Source: TPA_inf: Saccharomyces (Eukaryota). From it: DNA of 64,000 nt. A program made the translations under genes and the position numbers. The notes under the pieces were generated by a model that was not told the DNA's origin, made no database searches, and saw only the letters and a list, made by a program, of their open reading frames with translations. This document shows, piece by piece, positions 12,301-22,378 of the stretch. Position 1 is the stretch's first letter; every line of letters starts with the position of its first letter. Where the stretch lies: assembly GCA_000146045.2 (NCBI GenBank), contig BK006943.2:32001-96000 (forward strand). Direction: 5' to 3'.

Positions 12301-15300
12301 TCTCAAGAAGAATATGCATTGCTTTCAATGACCATGAATGAACAACAGGGTGTGGATCCCTCATTAATGCAAAAATTACATCAAAGTATTCTTCAAAATT
12401 AGCATATTGTGAGTTATATTTAAAAATTGTAGCCAATGATAAGACATGAAACATCCTTAAGTATGGTTCGTCCATATCTGCGACGTTTTTAATGAATATT
12501 CTTGATTGCTCTGTAAGGAATTTTTGTCTTTCTTCATCGCCAAGTGTTCTTGCGATAGCCGCTGTCAGCAATCCTACACAATCTGCCTTGATTTTTGTGA
12601 GAAAAATGTCATTAAAAAACTGAATCTTCTTTATTGATTCGATAATTAGCTGCCCCACTGAATAGTCCAACTCTAGATTGTTTTCTTGCATGATGCGTAA
12701 AGCATTATGCAGAGCACTACAAACATTAGCAGCCACAGCCACGCTTCTCAATGGTGTAGTCATTTTGGAGAACATGGACAAATTTAAAGTTTCCATAATG
12801 GAATACTGTATTTTGCTATTCAAAAAAGGGAATACAGATGAAAAAAGTTCCATAGAAGAGTCGATTAAAGATGTAGTGACCTGAGGTGCGTAGCGGTCAA
12901 TTTGGGAATAAGACCCAGATCCATATAGTAGAATCAGTGAATCTAAAGATAAAATGGGTGAAATTGGTTTTGATACTTCTACTTCGAAAATATTGTACCA
13001 ATTGTAATCCTTGGATGGCCAACTTCCACTTATTGATTCATCATACTTGTAAGCACTGGACATCGATAAATTCACGATACGGTCCCCAGTTATTTTGCTG
13101 GATAGGCCGAATGCAAAGCCGTTGTTTTGACGAAGTAAAGTATTAATTGAAGATTCTAATACTATATTACTTTCCATGTCGTCCTTGTTACTCACTTTCC
13201 TGTTACCAATATCTTTCAAGCTTCCCAAAACGGAACTACTTGACTCGGTGTAAAGATTGGGATCTGAAAAATTCTTCACGATTAATATTAGTAAAGAACT
13301 ATTAAAATCGCTATTTATGTATTTCTCCAGCTTAAGGTATACCTGTAAAATTCTGTTTTCATTATGCAGTAAAGCATTGTCAATGTTTTTCGATTTCAGG
13401 TCAATGGAATGATTAAAATTGGAGCACTTAGTTAGCAAATATGATACTTGTTTAGCCATTTCTTTATCAATTGTCGTATTGCTTAAATACGTCAATAAAC
13501 AAGTCAATGCATGATTTCGGATTTCTAGGTTCTTGTATAATTCATCCTCGTCGTGGTATGTGTAGGTATGTGTTAATAAAACTTTCCAGAAAAGAAATAG
13601 TTGGGGTATCTGCAGCTTCAAATACTGTTCATCTTTATAATTCATCAATCCTATCAATAATATCCAGCATAAAAGACCCTTGAAGTACAAATTAGAAGAG
13701 GTAGATGTAGTATTATTCTTAATGAATGATGTAGAAAACACTGTAATTCTCATGATCAACTCATAGGAAATATAATCGCTCTCGGCACCTTTGATTAGAT
13801 TTGCTATTATAAAAGCATGGCCATGATTTTTATGAAAAATAAATTTTCCTGTAGATTTAAAATCAGTGGATAGTGCACGTAAGGAGTTTTCAATGGTCTC
13901 CGAAAGATATTCTGGACAGTTGTTCAAAAAAACCTTCAAAATTTCCACAGTGTGAACTCGTATCGTAAAGATTTCACATGTAGCTAAATCAACCAGTTTA
14001 TCTCTAATCTCTTTAACGGTATTTTCCTCAGTGGTGAAAGTAGAACCTAAGTCGCTGATTAACACATACGTGAAGTCAAGCTGCAGTAATGTAAGCCACT
14101 GTGTTTCAGGCTTCGCATCAATACTATATTTGAAATTTGAAGCTGAATCACTTTTAGAGGAGCTCTGGTAAGTATCAGAACAACCTAGGATGTAGTACAA
14201 CATTTGAGTCTTTGCAGAATCATTCAAATGTGGCAATATTACTTCATGCATATGTTGAAAGTATCTCAAATACCTTGATAATGTATTCATGCTCCTATTA
14301 TTCACTTCGTAACTGCTGAAGACGCCGCTTAAAGAGAGAACTATATCCAAATATTTTGAGTTACTCAAAAAAGTGTTGTCAGCTAATAAATTCAAGTTTA
14401 TCAAATGAATAATAGATTCGAAGCAACCACTTTCCACGTCTCGTGTATCACAGTTTAAGAATATCTTAACGTAGATGGACCATACTTCTTGTAGAGTTAA
14501 AATATTTTTAGAAAAGTAATAATCAAATAATATCTCCGCTAAAGATTTTGCGGTAAAGATACGAGTTTCGTCGTTTGCAAAACCATAAACACCTATTTCA
14601 CCTTCGGTAAATCTAGAATATATGGTCTCTATAATATCATGGGAGTGCTCTCTGATAAAATTAGTTTGTTTGAAATGAGCTGTCCAGCATTCAATTAGGA
14701 CAGACACAAAAGTAACTGAAAAGTCCTTCTCATCAGTGGAAATACTGTCAAAAACGGTTTTGGATAGTTTCGAAAATTTCGCATATGTGGCTGGATCAAG
14801 GATTTTATCATCATTATTGGAATTTCTTAGAATCGCATTAAAAAGCTGAAGAAGGGTTGTCATGAAGGTAGCATGATAATATTTACTTTTCTCCATAATT
14901 TTTTTCAGGTTTTTGAAAATAGCATTAAATAACAATGGGATTAAGGAAGAGATGCTACTTCCAAAATTTTCAAATAATTGAACAAGTATGGTACATGCGA
15001 TATCTTTTGCCGGTGAGTATATGTACTTTTTTTTTTTTGTACTTGACTTCTTCTTTTTTTTCTTTTGGTTAGGGTCGGTATCTCCATCATCAATGGATAC
15101 ATCTTCTTCACACAATACGTTTGTTAAGAATGCTGCGGAATCAAAAACTACACCAGGATATTCGTCCTTCAAACGCCATATGGAAATCGTATAGAGCTGA
15201 GACAAACTGATAAACACTGAATGCAGTTCTAAATCATCCGTATTTTCTAGTACGGAGATATACCTCACAAACTCATCCAGTTGAGTGTGTATTTCCTTAA

Positions 15301-15433
15301 CCTCCTGTATTTCATTATCATTAACTTCTTTCAAACATATAAGCTTTTCCAAATTGGTGGTTATCCAAGTTAATAAATCGTGACCATTGTTTGATGATGT
15401 TTCTATCACTTTCTTGAGGGATCGGTTTGCCAT
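9389..15433 (-). CDS. LAA1: Large (2014 aa) AP-1 accessory protein with helical-repeat character.
   Basis: Uninterrupted 6045-nt ORF with leucine-rich repetitive helical content. Size and synteny match YJL207C. Confidence 0.85.
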   Translation of the reverse strand: MANRSLKKVIETSSNNGHDLLTWITTNLEKLICLKEVNDNEIQEVKEIHTQLDEFVRYISVLENTDDLELHSVFISLSQLYTISIWRLKDEYPGVVFDSAAFLTNVLCEEDVSIDDGDTDPNQKKKKKKSSTKKKKYIYSPAKDIACTILVQLFENFGSSISSLIPLLFNAIFKNLKKIMEKSKYYHATFMTTLLQLFNAILRNSNNDDKILDPATYAKFSKLSKTVFDSISTDEKDFSVTFVSVLIECWTAHFKQTNFIREHSHDIIETIYSRFTEGEIGVYGFANDETRIFTAKSLAEILFDYYFSKNILTLQEVWSIYVKIFLNCDTRDVESGCFESIIHLINLNLLADNTFLSNSKYLDIVLSLSGVFSSYEVNNRSMNTLSRYLRYFQHMHEVILPHLNDSAKTQMLYYILGCSDTYQSSSKSDSASNFKYSIDAKPETQWLTLLQLDFTYVLISDLGSTFTTEENTVKEIRDKLVDLATCEIFTIRVHTVEILKVFLNNCPEYLSETIENSLRALSTDFKSTGKFIFHKNHGHAFIIANLIKGAESDYISYELIMRITVFSTSFIKNNTTSTSSNLYFKGLLCWILLIGLMNYKDEQYLKLQIPQLFLFWKVLLTHTYTYHDEDELYKNLEIRNHALTCLLTYLSNTTIDKEMAKQVSYLLTKCSNFNHSIDLKSKNIDNALLHNENRILQVYLKLEKYINSDFNSSLLILIVKNFSDPNLYTESSSSVLGSLKDIGNRKVSNKDDMESNIVLESSINTLLRQNNGFAFGLSSKITGDRIVNLSMSSAYKYDESISGSWPSKDYNWYNIFEVEVSKPISPILSLDSLILLYGSGSYSQIDRYAPQVTTSLIDSSMELFSSVFPFLNSKIQYSIMETLNLSMFSKMTTPLRSVAVAANVCSALHNALRIMQENNLELDYSVGQLIIESIKKIQFFNDIFLTKIKADCVGLLTAAIARTLGDEERQKFLTEQSRIFIKNVADMDEPYLRMFHVLSLATIFKYNSQYANFEEYFDVIFALMRDPHPVVHSWSLKAMHILLEKHLVIDLKTAALLLSSMEELLVQDKYGIYGRSTLRCNYNRDFNSHVAIGEISRTLTETVGPNFLELNTKVLDSFRNITLSMLISNNILNSITSIKMFENIATFKMKNILNYEIFILASKSIIKSSIVTGIGSSYFDTTFTGSNELISRTSSLKGAFENFDLLTLLYKLQMEEFFMKEMENLSWRYLALFPNSGSVKNYFTEWILHTFKRDNHWFDKLYSIFNMSLGRLFQSYNRDVSALLEVNGLKKSSEKEIKGEEEESIANVNQLTDTDAGGLDSENLQWKSRQIILNLILMLCLESEKYENLLLALSNKIADLIKISFRGSTVRNEGMKLTGLHILNFVLKNYSTMRDPQVPGSSILEQQEAQITSALMPAFSKGSSPTVMSFAITVAAEVLASNIMPPDKLGRISQLLIDLLGNFKDPNSGIRIGEAIIVTPKAKRKIELAVLDAWAEVVQRSITSSNDALFSFTRKYWSILVPLWIISLREYMMIKYNDNDSTVQVKNDSKENSLIEPRSTKIELYEPVWLNFVEALGCTLDSDVQVILASLNDEELEYFLFILFSQCLEAIVKNIDDHSVKMQVLPALHNVLKSNLCIKSIFEDDIITEVVEIMDRLISTGDSKEEFLLVDIISDLIIGYSKCNATPETFLQDIDKLYELLRLLMTIISERLPFIKYNVLTSEEDDNEIKISPTDISLLKKTFIAFESNISNFDNMFKVDLYSCLLFIIGKIYECSHREVIIPIILPLFKALVKALTESEDEKNIVLLEIFYGSIKDVIYHKLDSKNKVATILILLSNGYSKLSFQELNQCANILSEALNNPATQPIALQGFKRIISNIFKYPLLQYFMKLVIKRFFQDIQTNDSLSQASIKTKLIIQFSEEVIKQDHQKASLSIALCLSFFAAYHSAYTEKIDNEVASGIVALAKLDKNSFKEAISSTISPQQKAIIGSVMEAYVKSQSLGSVEEAFQLKSFD

Positions 15434-15658
15434 TTTCGTGGCCTGGGCTATTTATTTTATCTTTTAGTTTTTTTTAAACCTAATAACTATTATTTCAATT
15501 GAATAATAACAAATCACTGTTTCAATATGGCGATGAAAAAAAAAACGGCCACACACGGTATGCCACTATGTGGTGTGAGGAAGCAGATAAAATAATAATA
15601 CATAAAAAGAAGGATGTAGAAGAATATACAGATATAAAGAAGTCGCGAGTTTAAAGGT

Positions 15659-17935
15659 TCAATTTACTGTTGGGTCAGAGCTGAATTCTGAGGAAAATAT
15701 TTGATTGTTGGCAGAAGAATCTTGGCCAATTAGTGCTGAAAAATCGATGACATCAGGTAATACTCTGTTAATTGAGTAGTCAAATTCCTCAAATTCTGCT
15801 AGAAGTTTATCTAAGTATTCTTCTTGTGCAGCTGTCGTTGTATGGCTCTCATTATTGGTATTCTGAAACTTTAGATCAGCTTCCCCTTGTGGAAGATTCA
15901 GAATGGAACGAAGACTCGTGGCTGGAGTTTGGTGATGCTGCTGTCCATGATGTAATTCTCCTTGGCACTTCGTAAAATTATTATTTGTCTGCAACTGGGG
16001 CACTAAAGCTCCACTACTTTCTTGCCGTTGCAATTTAACTATATTCAAAAGTTGTTCAGATAATACAGAGGTCTTCTCGTTAAACTCTTTGAACAATTGG
16101 TTCAATACTTCAAAAGTACGTTTACTCGCATTTGAAGCACCCTTCAAAAGTGATAATATTTCACTGCCAAGCTGCGTAGCGTTATGAATATCCGAATCAA
16201 CCTTCCCATTTCGTATCAGGCCCTTTTCTGTTTGGTAGACATAAAATTTGAGGCAAGCAACACTAAAAAAGATTGTATGAATGGAAAACCAGTAGCTACC
16301 ACTCAAAAGGTTTTGCGTAATCATTTCATAAGATAATTGAATAACTTTTTTGGCAACTTCAATACAGTTTTCCGCCATGTGAATTTGAAATTGGAACTCT
16401 GGGATATCTAACGGGTCTATAGAAATATAGTGGTAGAATGGTTTATAGAGTACGATTTTGGATAGAAGGAAGTCCAGATATAATAATTTCTTAGGTTTAG
16501 TGTATGGAGAACTAGTATCATTTGCGGAAACAGTTAGAGGTGGTTGCGTTTGACGATACCGTATTGTGTCAACCTTCAAAATATCTGGTAATTGGGCATA
16601 CCAATTATCTAATTGATCGTTCAACGATACAATCTGCGTCCTAGAATCCTCTTCTAATGGTTTTCTTCTCAAAGAGTACATTAGCTTGTAGATCCGAGAC
16701 ATGATTAAAATAAGCTTTGTATGCTTATTATTCATTCCACAGGAACTTATCGTTCGCCAATCTTGAAACTTTATTCCAATAGTAGATATATTTTCATCGT
16801 CGACGTCTAGAGGAAACTCTTGGTCGATATCAGATTCGTCGATACCGCTTGGAAAACCAAGAATACAATTCATGTACAGATCTAGTTTGTACACAGACCA
16901 AAAGAGCCTTTTTTTTGTCTCATCCTGAATCGGAGTAGGACCAACTATGGAAGACCGCCTGTGTAAACCTTCCTTTAACGCAGCACGCAGAGCGATACCA
17001 ATGAACGAATAGCAAGCCTTCAAGTTTGCTGAACATTGCAAAAAGATCGTCATCATAAATATAGCTTGAATGGAATAGATGTCAGTAATATTAGAAAAGT
17101 CCAAAGAGTTTTTGGCCTCTAAAAAGTATCTGTAGCCTTCATCAGTGTAAAATTCCCTAGTTGCTTTACTATCCTTGCTGAGATCTTCCTTAGAAAAAAG
17201 GGCTCCGACTGCTAAAACAGAATAAATTAAAGGTTGTGTTTTCACTTGTTCTGGAGTATATTGCTTGCCATGTTTTTCTGCTTCGTATATCGAGTCCAAG
17301 ATAGAAATGATAGTAGGTCTGTGATAGAACCTAAATAGCACACAGGCACAATCCCAGGTCTTTTGAATAAATTTCAAGGCAATCTCTCTGGGTGGTAATG
17401 GAACACTTGTTTGCATGTGCCAAGGCGTATCTTTTGGTAGACTTTGACGTATTACCTGATTAACATTTAATTGTCCTTGAAGTAGACACGTTTTAATAGT
17501 GTCCAAAAAATTCTGGCTGTTAAAAGAAGAAGAAGCAAGTATTTGACGGAGTGTTTCAGGTGGAAAGATCGTCTCTACAACCTTTTTGTAATCAATGGAA
17601 CTTATAGGGCCCTTGCTATCTTCCCGTTCGTGGGAAGCTCTCTGTGCATATAAGGAACTATCATCGCTTACTTCCCTATCAAATACCGATGAGTTCCGTG
17701 GGGGGCGATCATATTTGCATTCGTAACTATTAGTCTGGCAAAGTCTACATGGTATATTACCACTACATCGTACTTTCCTCTTTCTGCAAGCTATGCAAGC
17801 TCGATGTGCTCTTCCTTTCGTTGGCTTCAATTCGTTGGTGCCCGCATCTCTAGATAAAACCAAAATCTTAGATCTCTTGCCTTTCAACTTCTTCATTGCA
17901 CACGAAATAGGCTTTCCAGATTCTTTCGGCGTCAT
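15659..17935 (-). CDS. YJL206C: Zn(II)2Cys6 binuclear-cluster transcription factor, 758 aa.
   Basis: N-terminal CIACRKRKVRCSGNIPCRLCQTNSYEC zinc cluster, followed by a region resembling the fungal-specific transcription factor domain. Synteny. Confidence 0.85.
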   Translation of the reverse strand: MTPKESGKPISCAMKKLKGKRSKILVLSRDAGTNELKPTKGRAHRACIACRKRKVRCSGNIPCRLCQTNSYECKYDRPPRNSSVFDREVSDDSSLYAQRASHEREDSKGPISSIDYKKVVETIFPPETLRQILASSSFNSQNFLDTIKTCLLQGQLNVNQVIRQSLPKDTPWHMQTSVPLPPREIALKFIQKTWDCACVLFRFYHRPTIISILDSIYEAEKHGKQYTPEQVKTQPLIYSVLAVGALFSKEDLSKDSKATREFYTDEGYRYFLEAKNSLDFSNITDIYSIQAIFMMTIFLQCSANLKACYSFIGIALRAALKEGLHRRSSIVGPTPIQDETKKRLFWSVYKLDLYMNCILGFPSGIDESDIDQEFPLDVDDENISTIGIKFQDWRTISSCGMNNKHTKLILIMSRIYKLMYSLRRKPLEEDSRTQIVSLNDQLDNWYAQLPDILKVDTIRYRQTQPPLTVSANDTSSPYTKPKKLLYLDFLLSKIVLYKPFYHYISIDPLDIPEFQFQIHMAENCIEVAKKVIQLSYEMITQNLLSGSYWFSIHTIFFSVACLKFYVYQTEKGLIRNGKVDSDIHNATQLGSEILSLLKGASNASKRTFEVLNQLFKEFNEKTSVLSEQLLNIVKLQRQESSGALVPQLQTNNNFTKCQGELHHGQQHHQTPATSLRSILNLPQGEADLKFQNTNNESHTTTAAQEEYLDKLLAEFEEFDYSINRVLPDVIDFSALIGQDSSANNQIFSSEFSSDPTVN

Positions 17936-18138
17936 CTATTGAATAATTCTTTGGTCTAAGTTGTATGTATTACTCTTTAAATTGAGACAATCAAGGAAAT
18001 CACACATATAAAAATACTGTGGATCTGAAAGATTGGGTTTTTATAGGATAAATGCGTATAAAGGTAGATCCTAGGATTAATTATTATGGTATTTACATAT
18101 CGCCAGAAACTTATATATACTCCCCTCACGCCGGATTA

Positions 18139-18443
18139 TTATTTGCGATCGTCCCATCGCTTCTTTATGAGCTCGTGTAAATGATGACCTTGTGGACGCC
18201 CCATTTTCCTTTCGTACACATAGTAGCTGAGACAGCCTACCATAATTGCCAATAACGGATCAGAAAATCTGCAATAGAGACCAGCTTGGGAAAGAGCACA
18301 TCGACTTGTTTGATGTTGCCTCTTCGAAACAGCAAATGGTTAACTATGCGTTAGTAAAAGAATAAGTGTGAAAAAAAAAAAAATAGAATAGCGTATGAAG
18401 AATGAACATACTTTCCTAATAGAAAGGGAGCGTACTGAACCAT
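18139..18443 (-). CDS. NCE101: Tiny (53 aa) two-exon gene on the minus strand: join(18412..18443, 18139..18268), with a 143-nt intron at 18269..18411.
   Basis: Hand-spliced on the minus strand. ATG at 18443..18441. Exon 1 reads ATGGTTCAGTACGCTCCCTTTCTATTAGGAAA. 5' splice site GTATGT at 18411..18406. Branchpoint TACTAAC at 18355..18349. 3' splice site TTGCAG at 18274..18269. Exon 2 runs to TAA at 18141..18139. The spliced product is MVQYAPFLLGKFSDPLLAIMVGCLSYYVYERKMGRPQGHHLHELIKKRWDDRK. Not in the ORF track. Confidence 0.85.
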
Positions 18444-18628
18444 GTTATCGATGATCTTGTGTGGAATCCTCTTATAAATGGAGTGAACATTTGTATGCCC
18501 CTTGTGTGCGTGTGGCTAACAGGGAAAAATAGAGCCCGCGTAATCTTGAATAATCTAATATGTGAACAGTCTTTTATTTCCGCACTTCATACCTATATAG
18601 AGTAATATAATTAATCATTGATAGGAAT

Positions 18629-21151
18629 TTACATAATGCAGCAATCTCGTATGCCTAGGCCGTACATTACCTTTTCAACGTCTTTCCGTACACGAACCCA
18701 ATCGCTTCTCCTCTGAACAAATTCATAAATTTCCTCTTGCGTAAAAATGCCATTGAATTTCCCAAGATCAGAAATAAGCTTTCCCAACTCTTTCGAGTCC
18801 TTGCCTGAAATGATGTATAACTGGCCAATAGACTTAAGCCCAACAAAATAGGGAACAACATTTTTTTGTTTTAATTTGTTAGCAATAAAATCGTAAAAGT
18901 AATTTAAATCGCAGATTAACCAAATTGCGCCCTCCGTAGATATGAAGCACTTCTTCAGATGTTTGACGATTTCATTAAAGAATCTCTCGCCAATTTCTTG
19001 TTGGTACACGTCAATAGTACCCTTGTCTGTGGCACCAGTCAGTAGAAAGCAATGATTAGAAAGTAACTCGACTACCCTGATAGCACATTTGGTTGGCTTT
19101 ATATCCCTTATTGGAGAATTCCTAGAGGGTGGCGGTGGATTATAATCGTCAGGCAATTGAAGAGTCTTGAATACAAATGAGATTTCATCCATTAGTTTGT
19201 TTATACCGATATTTAAACCTTCGGCTACAAAATCATCGATAGAAGTCTCAAAATTTTTTTTTAATTGGATAACATCATTAAGAAAATCTTTATTTTTATC
19301 GATAATTTTTTTGGGAATCAATTCGTTCTTGTAAAAAATGGAAATCATTTGTAATATTATGTCACCTATATTGATAAGTTCAGTGAATTGTACTAAAGGT
19401 TCGACTTGAGTATTGGCTGGCGAAAGTGAATTGAATTTTATTTCTATTTGTTCTATTTCGTTAGGATTATATTTTTGTAGTAGCAGGATTGCCTTTTCAA
19501 ATGCAGGTTTAACGTGATTTTTATTCAATTGTGTAATTAAAATTTTGAAAATCTCTTGACAGCGTAGCTTGATCAATGGTAGCAAACTTTCAATCGTATG
19601 AAATTTGTAAATTTGATCCGTCTTTTCGCTTGTTTCCTGTAAAATTTTGTAACATAAATCGAGACTTATTAACGATTTAATGTTTTGCAAGTTATTGGAA
19701 ATTAAATTTAAGTTGTAGGCTAGTTGTAGTTGTTGCTTTAGCCTTTGATTTTCATTGTTCGAGAACTTGAAAATCTTGGTGAAGGAACTTAGAAAGTCTA
19801 GTTTATCATTAGAAATATCAGTTGAATGAACTGATTGATGGATCGTACTTGGTTTTGAATCCGCTTCTGGGACAGTTTTGGAGGTTTCAGTAATTATTGA
19901 GAGGTCATTCGGCAATTCATTGTTACTTGCACTCGAAGCATCCGTTTGATCTTTTAAAGTGTTATAAATTTTTGCGTTTTGCTCACGCTGCTTGTCTTGA
20001 ACTTGTGTGTCATAATTAGCTAATTGTGAGTTGATCAATGATTCAAATACTCTAGTTGTCTGATTCATATAGTTGACAACAAAGGGCTCGAGATACAGGT
20101 TTAAAAGGTCACGAACAACTTTACGGAAATTTGCGCCTGCGTTTACTGAGTCGTTTAATTCAGTATCAAACTTTTTTATAAATGTGAAATAAAGTTCGGG
20201 TACGCATTCATAATTGGCTTTACTATCCTTTCCATTTTCTTTTAAAAATTCACTATAGCTTAATAAGATATTGTTTAAAATATCTAATAAAATATCTTGG
20301 ATAAAGGACTCGATGAACTGTAATATTACAGGGAACTCATCTTTGAATAAAATGTCCGCTAATTTAATCTTTTCGTTGAGGAAATCCCTTAGCTGATTGA
20401 GAAACGTATCTAAATTTTTAGAATTAAATATCACGGTACTCCCACCGCTGTCCTCTTCCCTTGGTTGTTCGGCCCAAAATAATTCATCATTAGACGGCAA
20501 AACCGTTAAACTGGGAGGCAAATCAGCCTTTGACTTGAAAAATTCGATAGCATTGCTTTCCTCATTAGATATCAATAAAATTTTCATGAAACGAGCGACG
20601 GCAGCTAAATTATTAGACTGGTAATTCAATTCTGACTCTTTGAGAACAGAATTAATGAAGATTTCCCTAAGAATGTTGAAATTAGTTTCAATCCTAGTAA
20701 ATGTTTCTATATCATTTTTATTCGAGAAATTGTACTTTTTGATAAAATTTAGAATTCTTGTTTGTTTCAACGGATCGTTGGAATATGAAGTAGGAAAGAA
20801 ATTTGCTAGATTATTATTATATAGCTTCCTAGCGTATGAGTTATAACAACGGTAAAATTTCACAAAGATTTTTTTAGAATTTTGAGCAGTGAAAGATTTG
20901 TATATTTCGAAGATGCGAAGGGAATTTTGATTATCATTTTCATCCAGCAACGTAATTTCTTCTTCTTCATTTGAATGCACCTGTTGGAGACCCATTCTAG
21001 TCAATTTCAATGACCAATACTTTGAATCATTTTTGCCGTTAATGATTGCATAAACCCGTTTATTCACTTGTTGAAAACTCAGATAATCTACAGTAGATAA
21101 ATATGAGGCAATATTGGTTACAATCTCGGGAACTTTTAGCAGATCATCCAT
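18629..21151 (-). CDS. RCY1: F-box protein involved in endocytic recycling, 840 aa, with a C-terminal CaaX box.
   Basis: N-terminal F-box-like segment (LKVPEIVTNIASYLSTVDYLSFQQVNKRVYAII). C-terminal CCIM prenylation motif. Size and synteny match YJL204C. Confidence 0.85.
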   Translation of the reverse strand: MDDLLKVPEIVTNIASYLSTVDYLSFQQVNKRVYAIINGKNDSKYWSLKLTRMGLQQVHSNEEEEITLLDENDNQNSLRIFEIYKSFTAQNSKKIFVKFYRCYNSYARKLYNNNLANFFPTSYSNDPLKQTRILNFIKKYNFSNKNDIETFTRIETNFNILREIFINSVLKESELNYQSNNLAAVARFMKILLISNEESNAIEFFKSKADLPPSLTVLPSNDELFWAEQPREEDSGGSTVIFNSKNLDTFLNQLRDFLNEKIKLADILFKDEFPVILQFIESFIQDILLDILNNILLSYSEFLKENGKDSKANYECVPELYFTFIKKFDTELNDSVNAGANFRKVVRDLLNLYLEPFVVNYMNQTTRVFESLINSQLANYDTQVQDKQREQNAKIYNTLKDQTDASSASNNELPNDLSIITETSKTVPEADSKPSTIHQSVHSTDISNDKLDFLSSFTKIFKFSNNENQRLKQQLQLAYNLNLISNNLQNIKSLISLDLCYKILQETSEKTDQIYKFHTIESLLPLIKLRCQEIFKILITQLNKNHVKPAFEKAILLLQKYNPNEIEQIEIKFNSLSPANTQVEPLVQFTELINIGDIILQMISIFYKNELIPKKIIDKNKDFLNDVIQLKKNFETSIDDFVAEGLNIGINKLMDEISFVFKTLQLPDDYNPPPPSRNSPIRDIKPTKCAIRVVELLSNHCFLLTGATDKGTIDVYQQEIGERFFNEIVKHLKKCFISTEGAIWLICDLNYFYDFIANKLKQKNVVPYFVGLKSIGQLYIISGKDSKELGKLISDLGKFNGIFTQEEIYEFVQRRSDWVRVRKDVEKVMYGLGIRDCCIM

Positions 21152-21340
21152 TTTACCGATTTCCTCAAAAGCTTTTGTTTTCTTTTGGTTTTTCTATTGT
21201 TTGTCTGTTGACCATTTTTTGATAAAATAAGAACCTTCCTTCAACGAAATATTTCGGCAAAAGTTAGCCTTGAAACACTTAAATACAGGAAGAAATAAGG
21301 TAAAGCGTAAAACTAACAGCAATAATTTGCAGTTGTATAA

Positions 21341-22183
21341 ATGGAACCAGAAGATACCCAGCTGAAAGAGGACATTAAAACCACAGTAAATTACATAAAG
21401 CAGCATGGTGTTGAGTTTGAGAACAAACTGCTAGAAGATGAGAGATTCTCATTCATCAAGAAAGATGACCCACTCCATGAATACTACACCAAACTCATGA
21501 ATGAGCCAACAGACACTGTCAGCGGTGAAGATAATGACAGAAAGAGTGAGCGAGAGATAGCAAGGCCGCCGGATTTTCTGTTCTCTCAATATGATACTGG
21601 AATATCCCGAAGAGACATGGAAGTAATCAAATTGACAGCACGCTACTATGCAAAGGATAAAAGTATTGTTGAACAGATGATTTCAAAGGATGGTGAAGCC
21701 AGATTAAACTTTATGAACAGCTCACATCCGCTACATAAGACATTCACTGATTTTGTCGCCCAGTACAAGCGAGTATATTCTTTTACTGGTCAAGAAATCA
21801 AGAAAAGTAAGAGAACCATTTTAGATAATTGTTTTGAGAGAACACAGTATTGGGAATTTGAGAAAGATAAAGACCGGGAACATGATAAGCTCGTAGAGTT
21901 GTGCAAAATACAATTTGCAGCCATTCCATGGGATAAATTTACTCAAGTGGCAAAATTTTCTATCCCTGAAGACACAGAAATCTTCGAAGGCTCTCTAGAT
22001 TTAGAACAGATGAGGCTGCGAAGAGTACAAACTGGTATTAAGTTATTCGATAGTATCAAGCCGACAAATGAAGAAGAAAAGATAGTATCCGACCAAGGTA
22101 AGCAAAAAGGAGGAGATAGTAAGGGCAAAAAGCGTAAAATTAGAGCTGTGGGAGAGACAAGGTTAAAGAAAAGTAAAAAATAA
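21341..22183 (+). CDS. PRP21: SF3a splicing factor subunit, 280 aa.
   Basis: SURP-type repeats (e.g. [31 protein letters not shown]). Size and synteny match YJL203W. Confidence 0.85.
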
Positions 22184-22378
22184 GCCTCATGAAAATCAAA
22201 GTTAGCTAGAAGTATGTAAAGGTTGATGATGCACCGTAATTGAGCACATGTATCACTATTAACGGCGTACGTATTTTGGCGTTTTTTCATGTTGATGTTA
22301 TTTTGTATATAGAAAGTGAAATTCTCGAGGATATGGCCCTACTGGATAATACTATTGGTAGCGTGAAAGAAGGCCAGG

